Below, piece after piece: positions 24,300 through 35,332 of a stretch of DNA of 64,000 bases (position 1 is its first letter; each line of letters starts with the position of its first letter). This DNA comes from Mytilus trossulus (taxonomy: Eukaryota): assembly GCF_036588685.1 (NCBI RefSeq), contig NC_086378.1, forward strand, positions 28,458,001 to 28,522,000, written 5' to 3'. The notes under the pieces were generated by a model. That model did no database searches, was not told where the DNA came from, and saw nothing but the letters and a program-made list of their open reading frames with translations. Position numbers and translations under genes: made by a program.

Positions 24300-25933
24300 G
24301 CCCAGTAAAACCTCTGCGTGACCTTCACCTTGATGCTTGGGTTACTGAACTAAAGTATGACTTTGACAAGGAATACTTACTTCATGGTATAGAATTTGGG
24401 TTTGACATTGTGACCTCAGCAGCTAATGAGTTACCATCAGGAATAGTTGGTAAAAACCACCCATCCGCTTCACCTAACAACCCCCTTTACGAAAAAGCTC
24501 ATTTGCAAATTCTAAATGAAATAGAATGTGGCAACTATGTTTTTGCTGAAAAAACTCCCCGCATAATAAGTCCATTAGCAGTTATACCTAAACCAGATGG
24601 GGGAGTTCGTATTATTCATGATTGTAGTAGACCAGAGGGGTCTGCAGTAAACTCCTTTGTTGGCGAAATAGAAAAACAAAGATTTCAAACTTTAGATGAA
24701 GCATCAAAATTAGTTACTCCTAACTGTTATATGGCTAAAGTAGATTTAAAAACAGCTTATAGATCGGTGAACCTTAGCTCACAAAGTCAAGAAGTTACTG
24801 GTTTAAAATGGACCTTCCCTGATGGAACAGAATATACTTTTTATGATACAAAGCTTCCATTTGGATCAAAATTGGCACCCCATATTTTTCATAGGCTATC
24901 CCAAGCTGTCCGTCGTATGATGTCACGCAGAGGTTTTACTATCATCGCATACTTAGATGATTTTCTTATTTGTGAAACAACAAAGCAGCGTTGTATTCAA
25001 GCATTGAACATTTTACTCGCCCTTCTTCGCAAGTTGGGTTTTATGATAAATTGGTCAAAAGTGGTTGACCCCACCACTAAATTGACTTTCTTAGGCATAG
25101 ACATTGACTCTACTGCAATGGAGTTAAGGCTTCCAGGGGAAAAGCTTTCCCTACTTAAGCATGAATTGGCAGAATTTAGTAAGCGAAAAAGAGCATCAAA
25201 AAAGCAATTGCAATCTATAGCAGGCAAACTTAATTGGGCATCAGCAGTGGTTCATGGCGGGAGAGTATTCCTTCGCAGAATTATTGACGCGATTACCCCT
25301 TTAAAGCATGATTGGCATAAGGCAATCCTCCATGGCGAAATATGGCATGATATTGAATGGTGGAAAAAATTCCTAGAGACCTTTAATGGAAAGTCCCTCA
25401 TTTTAGAAAAGATCCCCTTGTCATCAGTATACACAGATGCATGCAAGGAGGGGGGAGGGGGTTTCTTTGGTTATGACTGGTTTTATACGAATTGGGAAAA
25501 TGATTTCCCTGTAGTGAAAAATCTCCATATCAATGAGCTTGAGGCTCTTGCAGTAGTCTTGGCAGCGCAAAGATGGGGGAAAGATTGGGAAAATAAAAAA
25601 GTTGTTGTTTTCTCAGACAATATGACCACTGTTGCATGCTTGAATAAGTGCACTTCACGCAGCAAAATTTTGATGTCTTACCTAAGGGGCTTGTTTTGGC
25701 TCTCTGCAACATATAATTTTCATATAACAGCCGTTCATGTGCCAGGGAAAGAAAATATTATGGCAGACTTCATATCTAGGTTACATGAGCCAAAGGCGTT
25801 TTACCAATTTATGAATTTTTATCTTCCCAAACCACTGTTTGTAAGGCACTTGGAATCCCATATGTCTAACCAAGCCCTATCCTATCTTTTATGTAGGCAT
25901 TCCAAGTGCAGGGCAGGTGCAGGAGTTGGATAG
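24281..25933 (+). CDS. pol: Ngaro ORF2 reverse transcriptase-RNase H; frame open from 24281 with no usable ATG (probable -1 frameshift from gag)
   Basis: Motifs YLLHGIEFGFDI, KPDGGVRIIHD, AKVDLKTAY, LPFG, AYLDDFL, TFLGI; RNase H YTDAC, INELE, SDN, NIMADFISR. Confidence 0.93.
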   Translation, partial: LSKKRIGPVKPLRDLHLDAWVTELKYDFDKEYLLHGIEFGFDIVTSAANELPSGIVGKNHPSASPNNPLYEKAHLQILNEIECGNYVFAEKTPRIISPLAVIPKPDGGVRIIHDCSRPEGSAVNSFVGEIEKQRFQTLDEASKLVTPNCYMAKVDLKTAYRSVNLSSQSQEVTGLKWTFPDGTEYTFYDTKLPFGSKLAPHIFHRLSQAVRRMMSRRGFTIIAYLDDFLICETTKQRCIQALNILLALLRKLGFMINWSKVVDPTTKLTFLGIDIDSTAMELRLPGEKLSLLKHELAEFSKRKRASKKQLQSIAGKLNWASAVVHGGRVFLRRIIDAITPLKHDWHKAILHGEIWHDIEWWKKFLETFNGKSLILEKIPLSSVYTDACKEGGGGFFGYDWFYTNWENDFPVVKNLHINELEALAVVLAAQRWGKDWENKKVVVFSDNMTTVACLNKCTSRSKILMSYLRGLFWLSATYNFHITAVHVPGKENIMADFISRLHEPKAFYQFMNFYLPKPLFVRHLESHMSNQALSYLLCRHSKCRAGAGVG

Positions 25934-26888
25934 CCTGGTTTTGTTTTTCCAAAGCAGGATGTTTGCAGACTCAACAAAAAAGACATATATGTTGTATTTT
26001 AGAAGTTATGAATCCTTTTGCAGAGGTTTATTAATTCCTATGGTCCCAATTAGCAAAGACAATTTGGCCAGATATATTGTTTTTCTAACGCAAAGGCTTT
26101 GTTATAACTCAGTTGTCAATTATTTAAATATTGTGCGCCTCCTGCATGAAGAGGCTGAGTTACCTTACCCTATTGATACACATTTTGTCAAAGGTGTCTT
26201 AAAAGGGGTTAAAAGAGTTCTAGGGGCTGAAAAACGCCCCAAATTACCCATAACTCCTAAAATACTGTCTGGCATTTTTACCACTATAGACTTAAATGAA
26301 AGTTTGGATATAACTTTTTGGGCAGCTTGCTTAGTAGCATTTTTTTCCTTTTTCAGGAAATCAAACCTTTTTACACCATCTTTACAGGAATTTAATCCTG
26401 ATCGGCATTTAAATAGGGCATCTGTTAAGTTTTCGAAGGAGGGGGCCACTTTAACACTCAGGAAAACAAAGACCATACAAAATAGGGAAAGAGCTCTCGA
26501 AGTACCTTTACCTATAATTCCAGGTTCCCCCTTCTGTCCTTGTCAAGCTTTGAAACTATCGTTTGATATATGTCCTTCCACTCATAATTTGGTGTCAGCT
26601 TTTATGTTTTCCTCCAAGTCCAAGTTAATGCCCCTTACATATAATGGGTTTTTAGCCAGATTGAAACAGTCTTTAAAATCTCTGGGATATGACAGTTCTA
26701 AGTACTCCGGGCACAGTTTTCGTAGAGGCGGGGCAACTTTTGCATTAGAATGTGGCGTCCCTTCTGAAATTATCCAAACACAGGGGGATTGGAAGAGTGA
26801 TGCATACAAAAATTATTTAGATCCTTCTTTCACTAACCGACAGACTGTCATGAATGTCTTTGCAAAAGCACTTCCCAAAATGGTATAA
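25917..26888 (+). CDS. Ngaro ORF3 tyrosine recombinase (phage integrase family)
   Basis: Catalytic residues R (FFRKSNL), K (KTKT), HxxR (GHSFRRGGAT), W (GDWKS), Y (AYKNY). The track start is GTG; the first ATG is at 25959. Confidence 0.95.
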   Translation: MQELDSLVLFFQSRMFADSTKKTYMLYFRSYESFCRGLLIPMVPISKDNLARYIVFLTQRLCYNSVVNYLNIVRLLHEEAELPYPIDTHFVKGVLKGVKRVLGAEKRPKLPITPKILSGIFTTIDLNESLDITFWAACLVAFFSFFRKSNLFTPSLQEFNPDRHLNRASVKFSKEGATLTLRKTKTIQNRERALEVPLPIIPGSPFCPCQALKLSFDICPSTHNLVSAFMFSSKSKLMPLTYNGFLARLKQSLKSLGYDSSKYSGHSFRRGGATFALECGVPSEIIQTQGDWKSDAYKNYLDPSFTNRQTVMNVFAKALPKMV

Positions 26889-27006
26889 AATGGTTTTCTA
26901 ATCATAAATTTTTTAATAACATTGATATCTAAGTTTTTATTATTCTGTGTACAAATATTTATATACTATCCCCTACCTCTAAATACAGGTTTGGATTTCT
27001 ATTTTG

Positions 27007-27367
27007 GAGAACCACAGTTTTTATTACACATCATTTATCTTTTGTATTCATGCATTACTTACATTTTGTATTTGCCTTAATTCATTTAGCATTATCTTCA
27101 ATTATTGTATAATTGAAATAATTACATGCATACTTAATAAACTGTGGTTAGTTTTCCCAAACCTGTCTTTGTTCAAATATATAACCAACACTGCCTTATG
27201 TTCTATTTGGCCGCTGAATCCTTCGGGTGTATCCAAACTTGATATGGGACGTTATATAAGTCATACCATATCAAGCGTTGGCAGGGAGGCTGAAAAGAGG
27301 CAGTGTTTAACATCATTGGCAAAGGGGGGAAGGGTGGGTCCTTATTTTCATAACATAAGATTAATGT
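27007..27367 (+). repeat. Ngaro split direct repeat B1 (361 bp)
   Basis: gagaaccacag..cataagattaatgt, identical by eye to 27870-28230. Confidence 0.95.
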
Positions 27368-27710
27368 GGATATTTTATTTAAATATGTTATTAATCATGG
27401 TTGAAATCGCAGGGCAGTGATTGCATTGCAATCGTATCTGGTAACTATGTACATTGTTTATATCTCCTGCGCCTCTACATCATAACTTGTTCATATTGAC
27501 CAATCAGGATGCAGCATAGGTACCGTTGATATGTCTGGCATTTCATATCAACCAATCAAGAGCTAGTATTCATATTTCCCGCTTCATTATTTAGCCAATC
27601 AGTTTGTAGGTCAATTAACATCGTCTGGCATCATCGTCAGGTTCAGCATTCAAAATAATAACTTGCAGCAGCAAACACCTTGTTTAAACTAAGGCTAAAG
27701 ATTTTTATTC
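27362..27710 (+). repeat. Ngaro split direct repeat A2
   Basis: Copy of A1; overlaps B1 by TAATGT. Confidence 0.95.
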
Positions 27711-27869
27711 CCACCCTCCCAACCCTCATTCATGTATTTATGTAATGGCAATCAGTTCATGAACTGTCTTTTAAGTTTGTATCTTGTCATGTTTATTTTT
27801 TTTTTTGTACTGTTTATTATATAATATTGTATTCATTGTATTTTCATGTGTAGTTTAGTCTTGATGTTT

Positions 27870-28230
27870 GAGAACCACAGTTTTTATTACACATCATTTA
27901 TCTTTTGTATTCATGCATTACTTACATTTTGTATTTGCCTTAATTCATTTAGCATTATCTTCAATTATTGTATAATTGAAATAATTACATGCATACTTAA
28001 TAAACTGTGGTTAGTTTTCCCAAACCTGTCTTTGTTCAAATATATAACCAACACTGCCTTATGTTCTATTTGGCCGCTGAATCCTTCGGGTGTATCCAAA
28101 CTTGATATGGGACGTTATATAAGTCATACCATATCAAGCGTTGGCAGGGAGGCTGAAAAGAGGCAGTGTTTAACATCATTGGCAAAGGGGGGAAGGGTGG
28201 GTCCTTATTTTCATAACATAAGATTAATGT
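27870..28230 (+). repeat. Ngaro split direct repeat B2
   Basis: Copy of B1; similarity ends after taatgt at 28230. Confidence 0.95.
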
Positions 28231-30269
28231 CAAGATTTGGACTGTTATTTGCACAGACTGATATTCTTATTGTTAAAAACATTTACTATCTTCTATCATC
28301 TTATATTTCAGAGAATACAGGGAGAAAACTAAAATTTTAAACAAATGGTAATGTTTCTGATTAACATTACGATGACATACAGTGGTCAAACAAATGCAGA
28401 TTACACTTTATAAAGCTATTGACATTTTGTTTATATCAACCTGAAGACACACCTTTGATAACATTTCAAGCATATGCTTATGAAAACTATCTCATTGATG
28501 GTTGTGTTCTCGATAACTATGTTCACACTTCCGTGAAGTGTAAAACATTATAAGTGGAATAATTTAGTTTAGAGGTTTTTTTTAATTTCAAAAGCCGTGT
28601 AAGAACTATGTAGTACAACAAGTAAATCACACAGAGTTTAAAACCAAAGGAAATCAATTTGTGTCGTGAAATTCTTAAGACATCTAGGTTTAAATTCCTT
28701 ATGGTAAAGTTTACCTCAGATGATTGTTTTCAAAATTATCAAGCTAGTGGTCACGCAGATGGTAGCAAGACTGTGTAGGTGTATATTTATCTCTATGGAA
28801 GTATGATAATCTCGGTATTATAATTTAAAAATTGTTATACGATGATGACTGATGTACCCATTTTGACTATTTTATTTATTGTGTCTGTTTAGTTAACGCA
28901 TCAATGTAAATATAACGGAATTTGATGAGACTGTTATCAAAGTTAGAGGATTACCGCTATAAAACCAGGTTTAATCCTCCATTTTCTACATTTGGAAATC
29001 CCTGTAACAAGTCAGGAATATGACAGTACTTGATTATTCGTTTTTAATGCGTTTTGTTATTTGATTTTGCCATGTTATTATGGACTTTCCGAATTGAAGT
29101 TCAGTATTTTTGTGATTTTACTTTTTACAACTGTTAGTAATCATATACAATTTGTCAACTGGTACCAAGTTTAGTATCTGCACCATGTGCTCCACACTTT
29201 GTTGTCTGTCGTCGTCAGGGTTTTTACCATAGGAGTCGAGTGTTGATGGTTGGTTGTGATGTTCAACTTTTGTGGTAACTTCTGTATTCGTTTTTATGTG
29301 TATGTTTGTATTACCATTATCACCTCATATATATATATACCCTGCACTTGGCAATATTCAATTCCAGCCTGTCAAATATTAAATATTCTTTGGTATTTTG
29401 AAGTTCGTTATACAATCAAGTAATTTCACACCTAATTATTAGCAGCACCTTTTTATTGAGCAGGTGATTTTTAAGATTATGTAAAAAATGACCATTTTAT
29501 AAATTAACTTTTAAATCGAATCGATTTAAGATTCTTTCATATTTCCTTAACACTTGATAAAACGTGACAAAAAAATCATAAAAATACCAGGCTTACAATT
29601 AACAGTTTCACCTTTGTATCTAGGCCAAATAATAGAATGAAGATGTAGAGCATTTAGAGCCAACATTTAAAAACAATCTAATGAACATAAAAATAAAGAG
29701 ATGTAGTATCATTGCGTAATGACAAATAACCACTGACGTGCTAACTGCTGGGTTGGTGAAAACATCGAAAGCGGAGGGTAAAAAACACAACAGTTTCAGG
29801 ATGTATGTGAAACTCCTTAAATTGTAAGGAATTATACAGAATCAATGAAAATACTGCCTGTTTAAACAATTCAATTGTCAATAAAGGTTTGAAAATGTTC
29901 TTTTCCTATCTAGAATAAAAGGTTTCACTAAATCTTGACTGATATAACGGTTTGAATTTTTTTTTGACATTGTAAGAAATAAAAGACATGTTTATAAGAC
30001 AAATATTGCAAATTACCGTTATGAAGTTTGCTTGATCCAGTTTGGATTATTTCTACTGTAACACAATCGTCATAAACCTACATAAACAGAGGAAATTTTA
30101 ATCACAATTTTGTTTTATTCCAGAAAAACCACATTTTGTTTTTATTTTAATCCTGTCAGACACAGATGAGATATATATTATAACCACTGTTTAGATAACA
30201 TGTCCATATTAATAACAATTAGAGTGCTATTGGAAGAATAAATAAACTCAACATATATAGGAGAATTAA

Positions 30270-31440
30270 ATTTTGAATTTGCGCCATACTCGCGTCTACA
30301 GGGCCGAGTTCAATTCAAACTCTCGGAGCTCACTCTCGAGTTAACTATACTTACTCGGGTTTCAACAATACGATTTTATTTGAACCACTCGAGTTAACCC
30401 CTCGTACTCTCGTTCATACCCTCAGCGAGCCAGGGTTAAACTCGAGGAACTCTTGAATGACGTCAAACCAATGAAAATATTTTATTTTCTAATGCTTGGT
30501 CAGGGCCTTACCCTAGAGTTACTTAGAGTTGTTCCGAATATCAACTCAAGTGCGTTCACGTGATAATCTATTAACTCTGAAGTCGATTGTAGAGTTTGAA
30601 GTGAACTCGGCCCAGAAGACTCATCAGTGACGCTCGAATAAAAATATGTCAAAAGGCAAAATAAAATACGAGGTTGAAGAGCATTGAGGACATAATTTTT
30701 AAAAAAGTATACTTTTAAAATAAAAGTAAAATAAAACTAATGTTATCTATTCCTGAGAAAGAAAATAAACTCATCATAGATACCAGGACTAAATTTTGTA
30801 TATACGCCTGATGCGCGTTTCGTCTACAAAAGACTCATTAGTGACGCTCAAATCCAAAAAAGGTAAAAAAGCCAAATAAAGTACGAAGTTGAAGAGCATT
30901 GAGGACCAAAACTCCTAAAAGTTTTGCCAAATCCAGCTAAGGAAATATAAGCCTTAGTATTTCAACAATTCTAAATTTTGTAAAAATATAACTTATAAAT
31001 ATAACCATATCAATGGTTATTCATGTCAGCACAAAAAGTGCTGACTACTGGGCTTTTGATATCCTTGGAGGAAATAAATCTCCACCAGCAGTGGCATCGA
31101 CCCAGTGGTAGTAAATAAACTCATCATAGAAACCAGGACTCAATTTTGTATACACGCCAGGCGCGCGTTTCTTCTACAAAAGACTCATCAGTGACGCTCG
31201 AATCGAAAAAGTAAAAAAAAAAAAGCCAAATAAAGTACGAAATTGAAGAGCATTGAAGACCAAAATTCCTAAAAGTTTTACCAAATCCAGCTAAGGTATC
31301 GCATTAGTATTAAAAAAAAATCAATATATGATTATGATCATATCAATGATAATTCATGTCAACATCTATAGGACTGAAGATACCCTCAGGGAATAAAAAC
31401 TCCAACATCAGTAGCATCGACGCAAAATTGTCTTTTAAAT
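30270..31440 (-). mobile_element. tandem retrozyme array (~350-nt units, three degenerate hammerhead motifs)
   Basis: aaataaactcatcataga.accagg at 30763 and 31113 (period 350). Hammerhead remnants at ~30282-30632 (MITE-interrupted), 30805-30846 (CUAAUGA) and 31155-31196 (GCC site). Confidence 0.8.
30302..30612. mobile_element. PIF/Harbinger-like MITE with CAG TSD
   Basis: TIRs ggccgagttcaattcaaactct / agagtttgaagtgaactcggcc; CAG at 30299-30301 and 30613-30615. Confidence 0.8.
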
Positions 31441-34400
31441 ATTCCCCGATTTAAATCATTTAATCTGTAAAAACTCCTCAAAAATACCAGGCTTATCGTA
31501 AACGCAAGACTCGCGTTGCTGCTAAATAAATGTCTTATGTAATAGAAACTTAAGACGGTTTTTAATAATTTCAGTAATTTTGTCAAACCCTTTGTACAAT
31601 TAAGTGATTTTGAAAATCCCTTATCATTTTAGTAGTGATACAATACTTCTGAATCATTGGAATCATTGTTTCATTCAATCCAGTCACGTCTCAGTCATTA
31701 CAGCTGAACGGACGTGCTGGGCCAGCTCTCCTTTACCCGCTTTCTTCGATGAGGGTTTACAGTTAGATATCAACGACTTACTACTTAAGATGACAGAAAC
31801 CAATCCATGCTGTACAGAGAGACGTAGTAGTAGGTGTACCCGCGTTAACATGCACTCCAAAACCATTGTATCATGGGGAGTGTCATGCCGATTAACGTCC
31901 GAGGGCTGTATCCTAGACTGTTGGGTGATACGACCTTCATTTCACTGCCTCACGGCTTTGGTCCTGATAACGCTTCCTGTCATCTTTTGAACTACGTCCG
32001 AGATCATCTACCAGTACTCCATCATCGAGGCTAGCGGGCTGACAAGCTGACCAGCTGACCAAACTGGCCCTGAAAGCAGCCGTTAGTGAAGAAATAACAT
32101 CAAAATAGTCAAAAAGAAAAATCTACTCACCAAAACCAAGATTGCGGCCTACATATTGCGACCTCCACTACTTGTTCCTGACCCATGGCATCAAATCATT
32201 TAAAGCTCACCAAACGCCTTCGGGCACCGAGCCGACCGTGCGAGGGCTGAAAAGCCAGTCAAGGTCGTTAAACACTTCCATATATAGACTTCTGAAGCTT
32301 CATTCATTTTAAGAAATCATTATTTGTAATGTATAGGTCTTATATTTACCAAAATAAGGGAACTCATAATGTATGTTTTATAAGTATATTTACAGCTATC
32401 TCGATGAATCAGTTGTCAGAAATATCATAGTAAGTAGTTATTCACACCATTTTAGTATACGATGAAAACAAATATAATTGTCCTTCAAATCTTTCACGGT
32501 TTTGGTTATCGTTCACTACTGTGCCCATCTTTCAGCTTAATTTTGTCTTTATATGGTTTTGAAAAATTGTAAAATATTGTTTTGGTCAATGAATGAAGTA
32601 AACAAATACAACTGTCCTTCAAATCTTCCGTGTTATAGAATTACATTCAGTACTATTCTTCTCCCACCTGTCAGTTTTTGTTTCTGCCTTGATGTGGATG
32701 TTGAACTTAGAAATTCCTTTTTTGGTAAAATGAACATTAAAATTGAATAACTTTAAAGACAGTAGTATTTCCATATGTTAACTGTTATTTAAATTAACTG
32801 ATATTTTAGGTACAAAAAAAATAGTTTGAATAACAGATGGAATCGTTTATAAAGCTGAAACACATCAAAAGAATTGACATCAACTTTTATATTCCTGACT
32901 TGGTACAGGTATTTTCTTATGTAGAAAATGGTGGATAAAATCTTGTTTGATTGCTAGCTAAACCTCAAACTTGTATGACAGTAGCATGCAATTGCATTAT
33001 ATTGACAACAATATGTCCTTTAATTTTTTTGTGTTAAAGGGACTCATTCAGTACTATTCCTCTTCCACCCGTCAGTTTGTTTCTGTGTTTATATGGATGT
33101 GATACGTTAAATCATTCTTTTTGTACATTTAAGGAATGACTGTAAATGTTGTCCACACTGAACAATATGCGTAGCGGTTTTTCGTAAAGTGTTCATCACA
33201 TTTTTTTAATGTTATTTTGAATACCCGGTATACACAAAAAATATGACAGTCATCACTTATTATTTAATTGTAAATTCCATTTAAAGTAGGATTCAATCTT
33301 GTAAAAACGATGAAGAGAGATTACCCCCTGTTTTTGTGGGGTCGTGTTGCTTATTCTTTAGTTTTCTATGTTGTGTCTTGTGTAGTATTATTTGTCTGTT
33401 TGTCTATTTCTTTTTATAGCGATAGCGTTGTCAGTTTATTTTCGATCTATGAGTTTGACTGTCCCTTTTGTATCTTTCGCTCCTCTCTTTTATGTTGATG
33501 AGCTGATAGACAAAACACTGTCAGCCAATCCATTAGACGTGTAATACCCAAAATTAAATTATTGAATGATAGAATTGAATAATTCATGACCAGTAGTTTT
33601 TCCATATATCAATAGTTATTAATTTTACTAATTATTTTGATAGCAAACACATATTTTATTATCATATTGAATGATATATAAAACGAGCGGTACTCGTTTT
33701 AATTTCGGGCGTACTCTTTATTGTAAGTTTATAAATATAAATCGTATCGGCCAAGCCATTTGTGAAGGGAATCGTGAAAAGTATGTAGTGTCGATTTCAT
33801 TATTTTTTTTCTCATAATTAGAAATAAGATTTGGTATGAGTGCCAATGAGACAACAATCCATCCATGTCACAATGTATAAAAAGTTAACAATTAATAACC
33901 ATATTAATAGAATGTATATCTCATGATCACGTATCTTAAATAGTAATTATCGAATTCCATGAAATTCCAATGTAGTCTCAATTTTTATTTGATAATACAA
34001 TTTGTGAGGACAATACCACTAACAGCTTATTAGTGTCTTCAACTGTAATAGAATTTATGGAGTCAATCTTTACCGACCAGCCTTCAACAAAAACAAACGC
34101 GACAAAGATCCCGACAATTTAATGAAGATAGGATGGTAATTAAAATAGCTCTATAATAAGTCAACATAATGTTTAAATACATTTGTACTAACATCTTGGC
34201 CTTCAGATATTTGACTTTTAGCTTTCCTGATGAAGGTAAACCATGAAAAGATTTTTTGACTCATGTTTGTTTTCATTTTTGTTATGAGACATCATTACAC
34301 CTCTTGGCATTGATAACTGCTATTTTTTTTAAAAACATCTTAGTGCGTGACAAAGTCTGGGTATATGCAAAAAATATTGCTCGTATTGTTTTTCTTTGTT

Positions 34401-34763
34401 TTTCCCTCTCTTATGAGTAACCCTATATAGTAACCAGCCCAATATTCTTTAGGACACCCTATATCAAATTTATATAGTTACCACGTGTAGTCCTTTAACC
34501 AATCACATCCCCATAAATTCATAGGAGGTTGCTGAACTATGCAAGTTATTTTTTTACCTAACCAACATAAGGACGAGGCAGGAAAATAGTGTACCCACGT
34601 GAAACTGATTTAACCAATACACATTCAGTGCTGGAACAAAGTTCAGCTATCTTCGCCATACATTATGCTTTATTGCTTTCATTAATTTGGAGTTTTCTTC
34701 ACAAAAGTGGGATGAGGGTCCGACTGTTGAGGTTGGTTTAAGTGTGATCTATTACTTTTTCTA

Positions 34764-35332
34764 AAGGAGAAGGTCCGGTAAGAACTGAAATGGCCTCAAA
34801 TTTCAGGTTCATCTGACGATAGATTTTGACCATTTTTTAAACACTTAAGTGTCTATTTCACTTGATTCAATTAGTTTATGTGAAAGATTTTAACTGATTT
34901 AGTCATTAAAAACCATCCGATTCAAGCTCAAATATGAAAAATTTACCAAACATGCCGAAAAATGTGCTTTTTGCCAAAAATGAAAGTGGCCGCATCCGTG
35001 TTCATCCACAACCTTTAGATATGTTATGTATTATCATAAAATACAACATACATTTCAATATTAAGGATGAACACGAATGCGGCCACTTTCGTTTTACACA
35101 GAAACTGTCTAAAATTTAACTAAAATGCTAGAATTTTGAAGATTTCAGTAATTTAGCATGACTTAATGGTGCTACAACTCGATATATGTGCATTTTATTG
35201 TCAAAAACAGCCGATATTTATGCAGCAGGAGCATTCTTCTGTCCAATAAATAACTAAAAATCTATAATTTAACAATTTTGTAAAACTGCTATATTTTGGG
35301 GCCAAAAAGTGGTCTTACCGGACCTACTCCTT
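34764..35332. mobile_element. MITE with 4-bp TSD (Kolobok-like ends)
   Basis: TIRs aaggagaaggtccggtaaga / tcttaccggacctactcctt, flanked on both sides by TCTA. Confidence 0.78.

Larger units (their letters stand above)
22412..28230 (+). mobile_element. full-length Ngaro-type (DIRS order) tyrosine-recombinase retrotransposon with split direct repeats
   Basis: A1 22412-22760 = A2 27362-27710; B1 27007-27367 = B2 27870-28230. Order is A1-gag-RT/RH-YR-B1-A2-B2, with no methyltransferase domain after RNase H. Confidence 0.95.

Noticed and set aside
24410-24412. ORF-track start of pol
   Set aside because: The codon is GTG and conserved RT sequence continues upstream to 24281; a frameshift explains this better.
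23339-26809. Short antisense ORFs inside the Ngaro element
   Set aside because: They are shadows of the sense-strand coding frames and carry no motifs.
22412-27710. Interpretation as an LTR retrotransposon or prophage integrase cassette
   Set aside because: There are no TG..CA ends, PBS, protease or DDE integrase. The additional B repeats and the YR fit Ngaro, and the context is eukaryotic.
27004-28340. Two hydrophobic 138-aa and 164-aa ORFs with identical cores
   Set aside because: They are read-throughs of terminal repeats B1 and B2 with different starts and ends, T-rich composition and no motifs.
31604-31990. 128-aa plus-strand ORF
   Set aside because: It has a non-ATG start and no recognisable motif; the splice signals in this region are on the opposite strand.
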